In this document: in pieces, positions 17,961 through 27,991 of the stretch
How the letters are laid out: each line of letters begins with the position of its first letter
How positions within the stretch are numbered: position 1 is the stretch's first letter
Source of the DNA: Trueperaceae bacterium
GTDB taxonomy: Bacteria > Deinococcota > Deinococci > Deinococcales > Trueperaceae
Direction: 5' to 3'
Length of the DNA stretch: 64,000 nucleotides
NCBI GenBank assembly: GCA_034520945.1
Contig: JAXHNB010000005.1
Location: forward strand, 96,001 to 160,000
Program-made: the position numbers and the translations under genes
The notes under the pieces: model-generated
Database searches by the model: none
What the model saw: the letters and a program-made list of their open reading frames with translations, nothing else
Told to the model about the DNA's origin: nothing

Positions 17961-19251
17961 ATGGCCGACCATCCGAGCGAGGGAGAGTCCGCTGAGAGTT
18001 GGGTCGTGGACGTCACGGCACCGCTGCCTCCGGCGCGCGTGCGGCTGGTGGCGGCCGAGGCGGCGGCACGCCTGAAGCTGCCTGCGGAGAAGCTGATCGC
18101 CCTGCTGGAGAACCGGATCGGGCCCGTGACCAAGCCTCTGCCGCGCGCGTCGGCCGATCGGGTGGCCGAGGTCCTCGAGCTCGCGGGGGCGGAGGTGGAG
18201 GTGCGGCCGGCCACGACGGCGGACGGGCCCGCGCGCCAGCGCGGCGCGGGAGACGAAGGCGAAGCGCCGGCGCAGCACGCGGATGAAACGGCCGCCGAAG
18301 AACCCGCGCCGCCGCGGCCGGACGCGGCCCGTGTCACGCCGAAGGAGGAAGCGCCGGAGGAGGACGTGCCGGCAGGCGCCGAGGAGGGCGCATCTGCGGT
18401 GCGCCCATCGCCAGGAGCCGAGCGCGGGCCGGAGCAGCGACGCGTTCGACGCCATGCGCGACGAGCCGGAGGAGGACGCCTCCATGCTGGGCCGCTGGTC
18501 GCGGACGGCGCGGCAGGCGCCGGCTCCGGAGGAGACGCCGCCGGCGGCCGCAGCTGCCGCCACGGCTACGGCGCAAGAGGCGCCTCCCGCGCCGCCGGGG
18601 GTGTTCGAGGTCGACGACGAGGAAGACGTGGACGAGGACGAGGACATGTTCGCGTACGGCATTCGCGATCCGCTGGCCGACGCTGAACGGGAGGAGCGGG
18701 TCGGGCGCCGCATGGTGCTGCTGGGGGCCCTGGTCGTGGCAACGCTGGTGTTCCTCGCTTTGCAGTGGGCGGTCTCGGATGCGGCGTTGTCGGGTCCGTC
18801 GCCGGCGCCGTACGCGGCGGGGTTGGCGGCGTACCGCGAGGGCGCCTTCGTGGAGGCGTCGCGGGCGTGGCACCCGCGGGCCGAGGCGGGCGACGCGCGG
18901 GCGATGTTCATGCTCGGCTACATGGCGGAGGTCGGGCAGGGCCGTCCCTGGTCCAACCGCGAGGCGTCCGAGTGGTACCGGCAGGCCGCGCAGCGGGGGC
19001 ATCCGCAGGCGCAGGCGCGCCTGGCCAGCCTGTACGAGCGCGGGATGGGGGTGGAGCGCGACCTCGCCGCGGCGTTGACGTGGTACCGGCGGGCGGGCGA
19101 TCGGGGCGTCGCCGACGCGGAGTTGGCGGCGGCGCGGTTGTTGGCGGGGTCGGGCGTGTTCGTCGAGGCGCGGGAGCGGCTGGACCGGGCCGCCACGGTG
19201 TTGCCCGAGGCGGCCGCGTGGCAGGCCTTGTCGCGGGCGGAGGCGCGCTAA
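17961..19251 (+). pseudogene. Membrane-anchored Sel1-like repeat protein split by a frameshift near 18400 (real or sequencing error)
   Basis: Protein-like text in the frame of ATG 17961 up to ~18400 continues in the +1 frame with an acidic linker, TM helix and Sel1 repeats (GDARAMFMLGYM, WYRQAAQRGHPQAQARLASLYERGMGV). Confidence 0.65.
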
Positions 19252-19285
19252 GGTCGCGTTCAGAATCGGTTGCTACGCTACGGGC

Positions 19286-19810
19286 ATGACTGGATTTTTC
19301 GCGCGTATGCCGGTGGGGCGGTTCTTGATCAAAGGCGTGCTGGCTTGGGCGTTGCTCGCGTCGGTCGGGACGGTCTCGGCCCAAGCGGAGGACATCGCGT
19401 TCCGCGTCGAGATCTTTCGGGTCGACCTCGTCCGGGGCGATGATGGCGAAGTGACGGAACGGTTGACGGAGGTCGACGAGGCCGTCGCGGGTGAGGTGAT
19501 CGAGTACCAGGTCACCGCCGTGAACGAGGGAGACATCATCTACCGCCCGGGCACGGTGGTCGTCACGCTGCCGCTCGGTGAGGGCGTCGCCTACCTGGAG
19601 GACACCGCCACGCAGGAGGAGGACCGCGTGCTGGTCGAGTTCTCGGGCGACGGCGGCGAGACGTTCTCGGAGCCGCCCCTGCTGATCGAGGAGGACGGCG
19701 AGCGCAGCACCGTGCCGCCCGAGGCGTACGACGTCATCCGGTGGACCTTCACGGTGCCGTTCGAGCCTGAGCAGGAGGAGACGCTCGTCTACCGCGTCGA
19801 GGTTCAATAG
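19286..19810 (+). CDS. Secreted DUF11-like beta-sandwich protein
   Basis: Signal peptide; AVAGEVIEYQVTAVNEG ... IRWTF ... LVYRVEVQ pattern. Confidence 0.65.
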   Translation: MTGFFARMPVGRFLIKGVLAWALLASVGTVSAQAEDIAFRVEIFRVDLVRGDDGEVTERLTEVDEAVAGEVIEYQVTAVNEGDIIYRPGTVVVTLPLGEGVAYLEDTATQEEDRVLVEFSGDGGETFSEPPLLIEEDGERSTVPPEAYDVIRWTFTVPFEPEQEETLVYRVEVQ

Positions 19811-19845
19811 GGGCGCGGACGCAACGAGCGGACGCATCGCATGAG

Positions 19846-19882
19846 AACGACGACCGGCAAGGGCGGGCCGGTCGTCGTTTCC
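19846..19882. terminator. Strong hairpin between convergent genes, possibly a bidirectional terminator
   Basis: AACGACGACCGGC / GCCGGTCGTCGTT, a perfect 13-bp stem. Confidence 0.65.
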
Positions 19883-20041
19883 ATTGGGGGGAGGGTTCAG
19901 GTGCGTCAGGAGGATTGTTGCTGCCCTTGGACGTCACCATAGGCGGCGGGCCTGAATGCCACCTGTGTGCCGCGTGAGCCGCGTGAGCCGGGCGTGTGCC
20001 ACATCGCGTGTCGCGTCGGCGGGGGCTGGTTCGCGCTTCGG

Positions 20042-22030
20042 TCAGGTCCCGCCTTGGTGCGCGGCGCGTTCGCGGAACTGCAGGTCGTACAGCTTCCGGT
20101 AGTAGCCGTCCTGGGCCAGGAGCTGGGCGTGGTTTCCCTCTTCGATCAGGCGTCCCTGGTGCATCACCAGGATGCGGTCCACGTTCTGGATGGTGGACAA
20201 CCGGTGCGCGATCACGATGCTGGTGCGGCCCTGCATCAGCTTTTCCAGCGCGTTCTGGATGAGGTCCTCGGTCTCGGTGTCGACGTTGGCGGTCGCTTCG
20301 TCCAGCACCAGCAGGATGTCGGGGTTCTGCACCAGGGCCCGCGCGAACGCCAACAGCTGCTTCTGGCCGGTGCTGAACCCGGCGCCGCGCTCGCGGACGG
20401 GCGTGTCGTAGCCTTGGGGCAGCCGTTCGATGAAGCCGTGGGCGTTGACGAACCTGGCGGCTTCGACCACGCGTTCCTGGGGGATGGTGTCGTCGTTCAG
20501 GGTGATGTTGCTGCGGACGGTGCCGCTGAACAGGAACGGGTCCTGAAGCACCACGCCGACGTGCTTGCGGAGCTCGACCTGGTCGTAGTCGCGCACGTCG
20601 CGGCCGTCGATCTTGACGGAGCCGTGCTGCACGTCGTAGAAGCGGCTGACCAGGCTGGTGATGGTGGTCTTGCCGGCGCCGGTGTGGCCGACGAAGGCGA
20701 CCGACTCGCCGGGCTGGATGGTGAACGACACGTCGCGCAGCACCCAGTCGTCGTCCTGGTACGCGAACGACACGTTCTCGAAGCGGACCTCGCCCTGGAA
20801 GGCGGTGTCGAAGCGGTCCGGGTCCGGCTTGTTGGTGACCCCTTCGGACGTGTCCAGGAGGCCGAAGATCCGTTCGCTGGACGCCATGGCGGCCTGGATG
20901 ATGTTGAACTTGTCGGACAGGTCCTGCAGGGGCCGGAAGAACATCTCGCCGTACTGCTGGAAGGTGATCAGCACGCCGATGCTGATGATCGCGGCGCTGC
21001 CGGGCCCGACCAGGTGGTAGGCGGCCCACCACAGGATCAACGCGGTGGCGGCGGCGCGCGCCAGGTTCACGGCCGGCCAGAACAGGCTGAACCAGCGCAC
21101 CTGTTCGGCGTGCGCGTCGAGGAGCTGTAGGTTGAGGTGGTCGAAGCGCTTCTGGTTGCGCGTCTCGCGGTTGAACAGTTGGACCGTCTTGATGCCGCCC
21201 AGGTTCTCCGCCAGGTACGCGTTGGATCGGCTGGTGCGCAGCCGCACCGAGCGGTAGGCGTCGCGCAGCCGGGTGCGCAGGAAGGTGAGGACGCCGAACA
21301 GCACCGGCATGACGGTGAGCGTGATCAGTGCCAAGCGCCAGTCGATGGTGAACATGTACACCATCAGGCCGACCAGCATGCCGACGTCGGCCACCAGGCC
21401 GACCACGCCGTCGGTCATGAGCATCTGGATGGCGTCGACGTCGCTGGTGATGCGGGTGATCAGGCGCCCGACGGGGGTGCGGTCGAAGTAGCCCATGTGC
21501 AGCCGCTGGATCTTGCCGAAGATGCGGCTGCGGATGTCGTAGACGATGTGCTGCCCCATCCAGGCGACCAGGTAGGTGTAGCCGTAGCGCAGCACGAAGT
21601 TGGTCAGCGCCAATCCGACGTAGATCGCCACGATCCCTGCCAGGCCGCCGAGACGCTGGTCGACGGTGAGCGACGCCCACGGTTGCTGGCCCGCCACCAG
21701 GAACCGGTCGACGGCCATGCCGATCAGGAACGGGAACATCGGCGCGATCGCGCTGTACGCCAGCAGCAGGGCGATGCCCGCCGCCAGCTGCAGCCGGTAC
21801 GGCTTCAGGAACGCCAGCAGCCGGCGCATGAGCTGCCAGTCGAAGGCGCGCTCCATCGCCATTCCGTCCTCGTCGAACTTGCCCTCGTGACGAAGTTCGT
21901 CGACGTACTGGTGTCGGTGGGCACGGTAGTCGGCCTTGACCTCGTGGATCCGGTAGTCCGGATCGTGCATGTCGGTCAGCGCGTCCCGGTCGGGCGTGCC
22001 GTTCGGCTCGTGGGGGCGCCTCGGTCTCAT
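20042..22030 (-). CDS. Heterodimeric ABC exporter subunit (TmrA/MdlB-like)
   Basis: TMD plus NBD; GHTGAGKTT, degenerate signature FSTGQKQ, canonical Walker B LDEAT; alternative start at 21970. Confidence 0.9.
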   Translation of the reverse strand: MRPRRPHEPNGTPDRDALTDMHDPDYRIHEVKADYRAHRHQYVDELRHEGKFDEDGMAMERAFDWQLMRRLLAFLKPYRLQLAAGIALLLAYSAIAPMFPFLIGMAVDRFLVAGQQPWASLTVDQRLGGLAGIVAIYVGLALTNFVLRYGYTYLVAWMGQHIVYDIRSRIFGKIQRLHMGYFDRTPVGRLITRITSDVDAIQMLMTDGVVGLVADVGMLVGLMVYMFTIDWRLALITLTVMPVLFGVLTFLRTRLRDAYRSVRLRTSRSNAYLAENLGGIKTVQLFNRETRNQKRFDHLNLQLLDAHAEQVRWFSLFWPAVNLARAAATALILWWAAYHLVGPGSAAIISIGVLITFQQYGEMFFRPLQDLSDKFNIIQAAMASSERIFGLLDTSEGVTNKPDPDRFDTAFQGEVRFENVSFAYQDDDWVLRDVSFTIQPGESVAFVGHTGAGKTTITSLVSRFYDVQHGSVKIDGRDVRDYDQVELRKHVGVVLQDPFLFSGTVRSNITLNDDTIPQERVVEAARFVNAHGFIERLPQGYDTPVRERGAGFSTGQKQLLAFARALVQNPDILLVLDEATANVDTETEDLIQNALEKLMQGRTSIVIAHRLSTIQNVDRILVMHQGRLIEEGNHAQLLAQDGYYRKLYDLQFRERAAHQGGT

Positions 22031-23796
22031 GTCGACTCCAGGTCGCGTTCGAGTTGCTGGCGGCGGTCCATGTCGGCGTACCAGCCGTCCCGCGACAGCA
22101 GCTGGGCGTGGGTGCCGGCCTCCACGATGCGGCCGCGGTCCAGGACCAGGATGCGGTCGGCGGAGCGGAACGCGCTGATGCGGTGCGCCACGATCAACGT
22201 GGTGCGCCCCTCCTGAACGCGGTCCAGGCCGTCCAGGATGGCGGACTCGGTCTGGGTGTCGATCGCGGAGAGCGCGTCGTCCAGGATCAGGATCGACGGT
22301 TCACGGGCGAAGGCGCGCGCCAAGGCGGTGCGTTGGCGCTGCCCGCCGGACAGGGTGACGCCCCGTTCGCCCAGGCGCGTGTGGTAGCCGGCGGGGAACT
22401 CCTGCACGTCCCGGTCCAGTTGCGCCAGGCGGGCCACCTCGCGGATGCGCGGCATGATGTCGTCCATGTCGGTCTCCGGGAGCCCGTAGGCGATGTTTTC
22501 GGCCAGCGAGTCGCTGAACAGGAACGGTTCTTGCGGCACCACGCCGATGTAGCGCCGGAGCACCTCGACCGGGAACTGCTCGATGGGGCGACCGTCGATG
22601 AGGATGCGCCCCTCGTCCGGTTCGATCACGCGCGCGATCAGCTCGACCAGCACGGTCTTGCCCGCGCCGGTGCGGCCGGTGATCCCGAGCGTCTCGCCAC
22701 GCTGGACGCGGAACGACACATCATCCAGCGCGACCAGGTCGCCGAAGCGCACGGTGACGTTCTGGAACTCGATGTCGCCGTGGACCTCGCGTAGCTCGTA
22801 GTCCACCTCCGGGCCGTCCTGGATGGCGGGCTCGGTGTCCAGGATCTCGCGCAGGCGCAACCAACTGGTGGTGCCGCGCTGGATCACGTTGGCGATCCAG
22901 CCGAGCGCGATCAGCGGCCACTGGATCCCCATGAACAGGAACACGAACGCGCTGAAGTCGCCGATCGACAGGCTTCCGCCCGCCCCGAGCACCTGCCGAC
23001 CGCCGAACAGCAGCAACGCGCTGATGGTGAGCCCGAAGAACACCTCCATCAGCGGGAACAACGGCCCGTCGATGCGGGTGAGGGCCAGGTTGCGGCGGAT
23101 GAACTCGTCGTTGAGGCGCTCGAAGGCGTCCACTTCGCGGTTCTCGACGCCGAAGCCCTTGACGACGCGCATGCCGGAGAAGTTCTCCTGCGCCATGGCG
23201 CTCACGGTGCTGAACTGCTCCTGGACGCGCTGGTAGCGGCGATGGATGATGCGGAGCAGCACGAAGAACGTCAGCGTGATGAACGGGACCACCAGCAACG
23301 TCATCAGGGTGAGCCCCAGGTCCAAGCGCGCCATGCGGTAGAGGGTGAACCCCAGCAGCAACGCGGTGTTGGTGCCCATGAACACCGCCACGCCCGCCAC
23401 CATCCGTACGGCGTTCAGGTCGGCGGTCAGGCGCGCCATCAGGTCGCCGACGCGGTGGTCGTCGTAGTAGCCGGCGTCCAGGCGCGTGAAGTGCCGGAAC
23501 AGGTCGTGCCGAATGTCGAACTGGACCTCCCAACTGGCGTTCAAGATGGTGCGCCGCACGAACACCATCGCCAGGGACGCGCCCAGGATGGCCAGCACCA
23601 CCAGCCCGATCAGGCGGAGCGCTTCTGAGTAGGCGGCGGATCCGCCGCCCGCGTCGAGCGTGTCGACCACGCGACCGATCAGCACCGGCGACAGCGTGGT
23701 GAGCGCCGCCACCACGACCAGCAGGGCCAGCCCCGACAGGTACTGGACCGGATACCGTCGCGCGTAGCCGAACAGGTCCCGGATGGTCCGTCTCAC
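22027..23796 (-). CDS. Heterodimeric ABC exporter subunit (TmrB/MdlA-like)
   Basis: TMD plus NBD; GRTGAGKT, LSGGQRQR, degenerate Walker B LDDALS. Confidence 0.9.
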   Translation of the reverse strand: MRRTIRDLFGYARRYPVQYLSGLALLVVVAALTTLSPVLIGRVVDTLDAGGGSAAYSEALRLIGLVVLAILGASLAMVFVRRTILNASWEVQFDIRHDLFRHFTRLDAGYYDDHRVGDLMARLTADLNAVRMVAGVAVFMGTNTALLLGFTLYRMARLDLGLTLMTLLVVPFITLTFFVLLRIIHRRYQRVQEQFSTVSAMAQENFSGMRVVKGFGVENREVDAFERLNDEFIRRNLALTRIDGPLFPLMEVFFGLTISALLLFGGRQVLGAGGSLSIGDFSAFVFLFMGIQWPLIALGWIANVIQRGTTSWLRLREILDTEPAIQDGPEVDYELREVHGDIEFQNVTVRFGDLVALDDVSFRVQRGETLGITGRTGAGKTVLVELIARVIEPDEGRILIDGRPIEQFPVEVLRRYIGVVPQEPFLFSDSLAENIAYGLPETDMDDIMPRIREVARLAQLDRDVQEFPAGYHTRLGERGVTLSGGQRQRTALARAFAREPSILILDDALSAIDTQTESAILDGLDRVQEGRTTLIVAHRISAFRSADRILVLDRGRIVEAGTHAQLLSRDGWYADMDRRQQLERDLEST

Positions 23797-23953
23797 GTCG
23801 TCTCCTCACGGCGCGCCCGGAGTGGGCGCGCGGCCTCGTCGTAGCGGGGCCCCGACCGCGTGCCCGCGGGGGGCACGGCCGGGGCCGGTGAAAGCACCGG
23901 CCAGAATACACCCGGGCGCCGGGGCCGGCGGGCCGGCAGGTCACCCGGCGCGG

Positions 23954-25681
23954 TCAGGGATCCGGGGCGCCCGCCGGTTCGCTGCGGGTCACGCGCTGCT
24001 CGGCGTACGGCGCGCCGCCCAGCGTCAGTTCGAACGTCACCGGGCCGGGCGTGGCGGTCAGCCAGCGCCCCTCGATCTCGTCGCCCCCCTGCGCCTCCTG
24101 GCGGGCGATGCGCCGGCGGTCGCCGCCGACTGGCTGCGCGTACACCTCCGCGGTCCGTGCCGGGATGCCGGGCTCGATCACGAAGCGGTAGGGGACCCAG
24201 CGTAGGTGCGGGCTTCGGATCTCGACGCTGGGCTCGGGCACGCGCAGGGCGACGGGCCGCACGTTCACGGTCACCGTGAGGGCGTCGCCGGCCGGACTGC
24301 CGGGCGACGGGGATTGCAGGATCACGCCCTCGGGCAGGGCGCTGTGTTGCGCGTGTTCGACGCGGACGCTCAGTCCGCGGTCGGCCGCCGCGCGTTCCGC
24401 TTCGGCGCGGGTCAGGCCGATCAAGTCGGGAACGGCCGCGGCATCGGCGGGCCCGGACGGGTCGGGCGGCGCGGGCCCTTCGACGGAGGGGCCGGCCACC
24501 ACCATGCGGAGGGTCACGTCGGTCGCGCGGACCGGCGTCCACGGGGCGGGCGTCATGCTGCTCACCTGGCCCGGCGGCACGTCCAGTCCGGTGACGCGAT
24601 CGACGAGAATCCGTTCGGCCGGCAGCCCGGCCAGCCGGGCCAGCGCTCGGGCGTCCTCCAGCGATAGGCCCCGCAGGTCCGGAAGGAAGGTGGTCTCGCG
24701 GCGTGGACCGTCGCTGACCAACAGGTCGATCGGCCCTTCGGCCACGGCGCGGGCGCCCGGGTCGGGCCGTTGGGCCATCACGGTGCCCGCAGGGAGGTCG
24801 GCCGGCACCCGCGCGACGCGTCCCAGGCGCCACGGGCCGTCGGCCAACGCCGTTCGCACGTCGCCCGTGAGGGGACGTTGCCGCAGGTCGGGCACGTCGC
24901 GCACCAGACCGTCGCCGCCGGGGAGGACGTGGGTGAGCGTCACGGTGCGTCCGGGGCGCAGGGTGGTGCCCGGCGGGGGGGTGATGGACACGGCCGTGCC
25001 GGTCTCGCCCCCTTCGCCGCTCGCCTGGGGCGCCACGGCCAGCCCGAGGTCGACGAGGCGCTCGGCGGCGTCCTGCGCCTGCATGCCGGACACGTCCGGC
25101 ACCACGACCATGCGGTCGTTGTCACTGCGTTCCCACGCCGCGATGCCCAGGGCCAACGCAGTCAGGCTGGCCAGCAGCCCCACCAGCCAGGTGCGGAGCC
25201 AGGGCGGCGCGGCGGGCAGCCGCGGCAGCGAGCGGGCGCCTGAGGGGGCGGGCGCAGCCTCGTCGCTGGGCGCGTGGGGGCGGGGGGCCGGGAGGGCGGA
25301 GCCGTCCCAGGCGAGCCCCGCGAGGACCGTTCGACGGCCGGCGCGCCTAAGGTCGCTCCCGTCCGGGTCCAGGTCGAGTGCCTCCAAGCGGCGCCGCCAG
25401 GCGGCGTCCGGCGGCGCGGCGGGCGCGTCGCCGGGATCGTCCCATACCGTGTAGTGGGCGCCGGGTCGAGCGACCACGTCGCGCAGCAGGACATCATTGC
25501 GGCGGCCGAGCTGCCGCAAGGCCCAACGGTAGCGCTCGAAGGCGGGTTCGGTGCGGGGGCCGACGTCGTACCACACGATCCGAACCAGCCGCCCGTCGGG
25601 ATCGGTGGCCTGGACGAGGCTCTGGTCGGCCGACAACGCCTGTTGTTTGAGGATCTCGTACTTGCCGTCGATCAGGGGCAC
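23954..25681 (-). CDS. PASTA-repeat membrane protein with a degenerate kinase-like N-terminus
   Basis: IDGKYEIL kinase-like start, TM helix, four PASTA-like repeats (VPDVSG, VPDLRQ, LPDLRG, VPDLIG; VILQSPSPG). Confidence 0.8.
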   Translation of the reverse strand: MPLIDGKYEILKQQALSADQSLVQATDPDGRLVRIVWYDVGPRTEPAFERYRWALRQLGRRNDVLLRDVVARPGAHYTVWDDPGDAPAAPPDAAWRRRLEALDLDPDGSDLRRAGRRTVLAGLAWDGSALPAPRPHAPSDEAAPAPSGARSLPRLPAAPPWLRTWLVGLLASLTALALGIAAWERSDNDRMVVVPDVSGMQAQDAAERLVDLGLAVAPQASGEGGETGTAVSITPPPGTTLRPGRTVTLTHVLPGGDGLVRDVPDLRQRPLTGDVRTALADGPWRLGRVARVPADLPAGTVMAQRPDPGARAVAEGPIDLLVSDGPRRETTFLPDLRGLSLEDARALARLAGLPAERILVDRVTGLDVPPGQVSSMTPAPWTPVRATDVTLRMVVAGPSVEGPAPPDPSGPADAAAVPDLIGLTRAEAERAAADRGLSVRVEHAQHSALPEGVILQSPSPGSPAGDALTVTVNVRPVALRVPEPSVEIRSPHLRWVPYRFVIEPGIPARTAEVYAQPVGGDRRRIARQEAQGGDEIEGRWLTATPGPVTFELTLGGAPYAEQRVTRSEPAGAPDP

Positions 25682-25791
25682 GTCATTCGCCTCCCGCGAC
25701 CATACCGCGTGCAGTCACGGGCATCGCGGCGCCCTCGGGCGCCGCGATGCGGGCGTTCGCGTTGTGGGCGTGGGCCGCGGGCGTGGGCGCC

Positions 25792-27774
25792 TCAGCTGCC
25801 CGTGTCGGGGGCCGGGTGGGGCGGAAGCGTCGGCGCGGGGCGGTCGCGTCGGTCGTCGTTCGTCGCCTCCTCGCCCTGCGGGGCGGGTTCTTCCTCGTCC
25901 TCGGGGTCCTCCTCCGACTCCTGGACCAGCCAATCGACGATGTCGTCGACCGGCATGCCCTGTTCGGAGCGCCGGTACGCTTCGTGGATCAGGGTGCCGT
26001 CGATGGTTTCACGTCTCAGCAGCGCTTCCGCGACGGCGTGCACGGCGGGCCAGTGTTCGTCGATCAGCTGTTCGCACGACTCGTACGCTCCGGCGAGCAT
26101 GGTCGACACCTGCTCCTCGAGCTCGCGCGCGGTCTGTTCGCTGAAGTCCTTGCGCCGCGAGATCTCGCCCCCGAGGAAGATGGGTCCCTGGTCGGAGCCC
26201 CACGCCACGAACTCGGAATTGCCCATGCCGAGGTCCAGCACCATCTGTTTGGCGGTCTCCGTCGCCTGCTTGAGGTCGTTGCTGGCGCCGGAACTGAGCG
26301 TGCCGGTGATTCGCTTCTCGGCGACGCGGCCGCCGAACGCCACCACCAACTGGGCGGTGAACCGCTCGACGCTGTAGAACAGCTGTTCCTTGGCCAGCGG
26401 CGCCATGAAGCCGCCGGCGCCCCCGCGCGGCATGATGGTGACCTTGCGGATGCGTCCGAGGGTCTCCTGGGCGGCGAACGCGACCGCGTGACCGGATTCG
26501 TGGTACGCGAGGATCTTGCGTTCCTCGGGGCTGGGGATGAGGCTGCCGCGCCGAAGGCCGAGGGTGATGCGGTCCAACGCTTCGTTGAAGTCGTTCCAGG
26601 TGATGGTGCGCTTGTGGTTCCGCGCCGCCACCAGCGCCGCTTCGTTGGTGAGGTTCTCCAGGTCGGCGCCGGAGAACATCGGCGTGGCCTCCGCCAGGCG
26701 GTCGAGGTCGACGTCGTCCTCGATCGGCTTCTTCTTGACGTGCACTTCCAGGATCTCGGATCGTTCCCGCTTGGTGGGCAGGCCGATGGATACCTGCCGG
26801 TCGAAGCGTCCCGGGCGCAGCAGCGCGGGGTCCAGGACGTCGGGCCGGTTGGTGGCGGCCAGGATGATCACCGAGGTGTCCTTTTCGAAGCCGTCCATCT
26901 CGGCCAGGATCTGGTTCAGGGTCTGCTCGCGTTCGTCGTGCCCGCCACCGATGCCGGCGCCGCGCCGTCGGCCGATCGAGTCGAGCTCGTCGATGAAGAT
27001 GATGGCGGGGCTGGACTTGCGGGCGTCCTCGAACAGGTTGCGGACGCGGCTGGCCCCGACACCGACGAACATCTCCATGAACTCCGAGGCGGAGACCGTC
27101 AGGAACGGCACGCCGGCCTCGCCGGACACGGCGCGCGCCAGCAGCGTCTTGCCGGTGCCGGGCGGCCCCACCAGCAGCATGCCTTTGGGGATCTCGGCGC
27201 CGATCTGCAGGTACTTCTGCGGGTTCTTCAGAAAGTCGACGACCTCGAGGAGCTCCTGCTTGGCCTCCTTGTGGCCGGCCACCTCGTCGAAGGTGGTCTT
27301 GACGTTGTTCTCGCGGCCGTACGTCTTGGCTTTGGATTGCCCGAACTGCATCACTTGGCTCGGACCGCCCTGCGCCCGCATGAAGATGAACCAGAAGAAC
27401 GCGATCAACACCACGATCGGCAGGATCGACACCGCGAACCCGATCCACTGCGGTGGGTTGCGGACGGTGACGTCGGGCACCTCGGCCTGCAGCTCCTGCA
27501 CCAGTGAGTCGGTGATGATCGCGGTGGTGTCGAAGCGCTCGATGGTGCGGGCGGTGTCGTCGATGGTGACCTGCGTGGGGCCGGTGAGCGTGCCTTCGAT
27601 GTCGCCGTTGGAGCGTTCGATCGTCACTTCGGCGACGCGACCGTTCGCGACGAGCTCCCGGAACGTCGTCAGGTTGATCTCGCTGCTGCCGCCACCGGCA
27701 TTGAACTGGTTGAACACGAAGATGCCCAGGATGATGAGCATCACGATCAGCCAGGGATTGAATGAGCGTTTCAA
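25792..27774 (-). CDS. ftsH: ATP-dependent zinc metalloprotease FtsH
   Basis: Two TM helices, GPPGTGKT, FIDELD, DEREQTLNQ, ALLRPGRFDR, HESGH zinc motif, SSGASNDL. Confidence 0.97.
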   Translation of the reverse strand: MKRSFNPWLIVMLIILGIFVFNQFNAGGGSSEINLTTFRELVANGRVAEVTIERSNGDIEGTLTGPTQVTIDDTARTIERFDTTAIITDSLVQELQAEVPDVTVRNPPQWIGFAVSILPIVVLIAFFWFIFMRAQGGPSQVMQFGQSKAKTYGRENNVKTTFDEVAGHKEAKQELLEVVDFLKNPQKYLQIGAEIPKGMLLVGPPGTGKTLLARAVSGEAGVPFLTVSASEFMEMFVGVGASRVRNLFEDARKSSPAIIFIDELDSIGRRRGAGIGGGHDEREQTLNQILAEMDGFEKDTSVIILAATNRPDVLDPALLRPGRFDRQVSIGLPTKRERSEILEVHVKKKPIEDDVDLDRLAEATPMFSGADLENLTNEAALVAARNHKRTITWNDFNEALDRITLGLRRGSLIPSPEERKILAYHESGHAVAFAAQETLGRIRKVTIMPRGGAGGFMAPLAKEQLFYSVERFTAQLVVAFGGRVAEKRITGTLSSGASNDLKQATETAKQMVLDLGMGNSEFVAWGSDQGPIFLGGEISRRKDFSEQTARELEEQVSTMLAGAYESCEQLIDEHWPAVHAVAEALLRRETIDGTLIHEAYRRSEQGMPVDDIVDWLVQESEEDPEDEEEPAPQGEEATNDDRRDRPAPTLPPHPAPDTGS

Positions 27775-27991
27775 CGGTTCCTCCCGTCAGTCGGCGAGCG
27801 CGCTGTCGCCGCTGACGACGGAACGCACACGCATTGCGTCGGCACTTTAGCACCGACGACCGTGGCCGCAAGGTATGCCGCAGGACGAATCCAAGCGCCG
27901 TCCAGGAGGGAGCAAACTCCCATTCTTCTCACATTCATTGGCGGGGCGTCGCTGACGCGCGCGGCCACGCGTGTTCGCGCCTCGAGGCGGC

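Noticed and set aside
24674..24689. CAGGTCCGGAAGGAAG, matching the core of bacterial SRP (4.5S) RNA
   Set aside because: It lacks the following CAGC and the long flanking helix, and it is simply the antisense of codons for FLPDL in a PASTA repeat.
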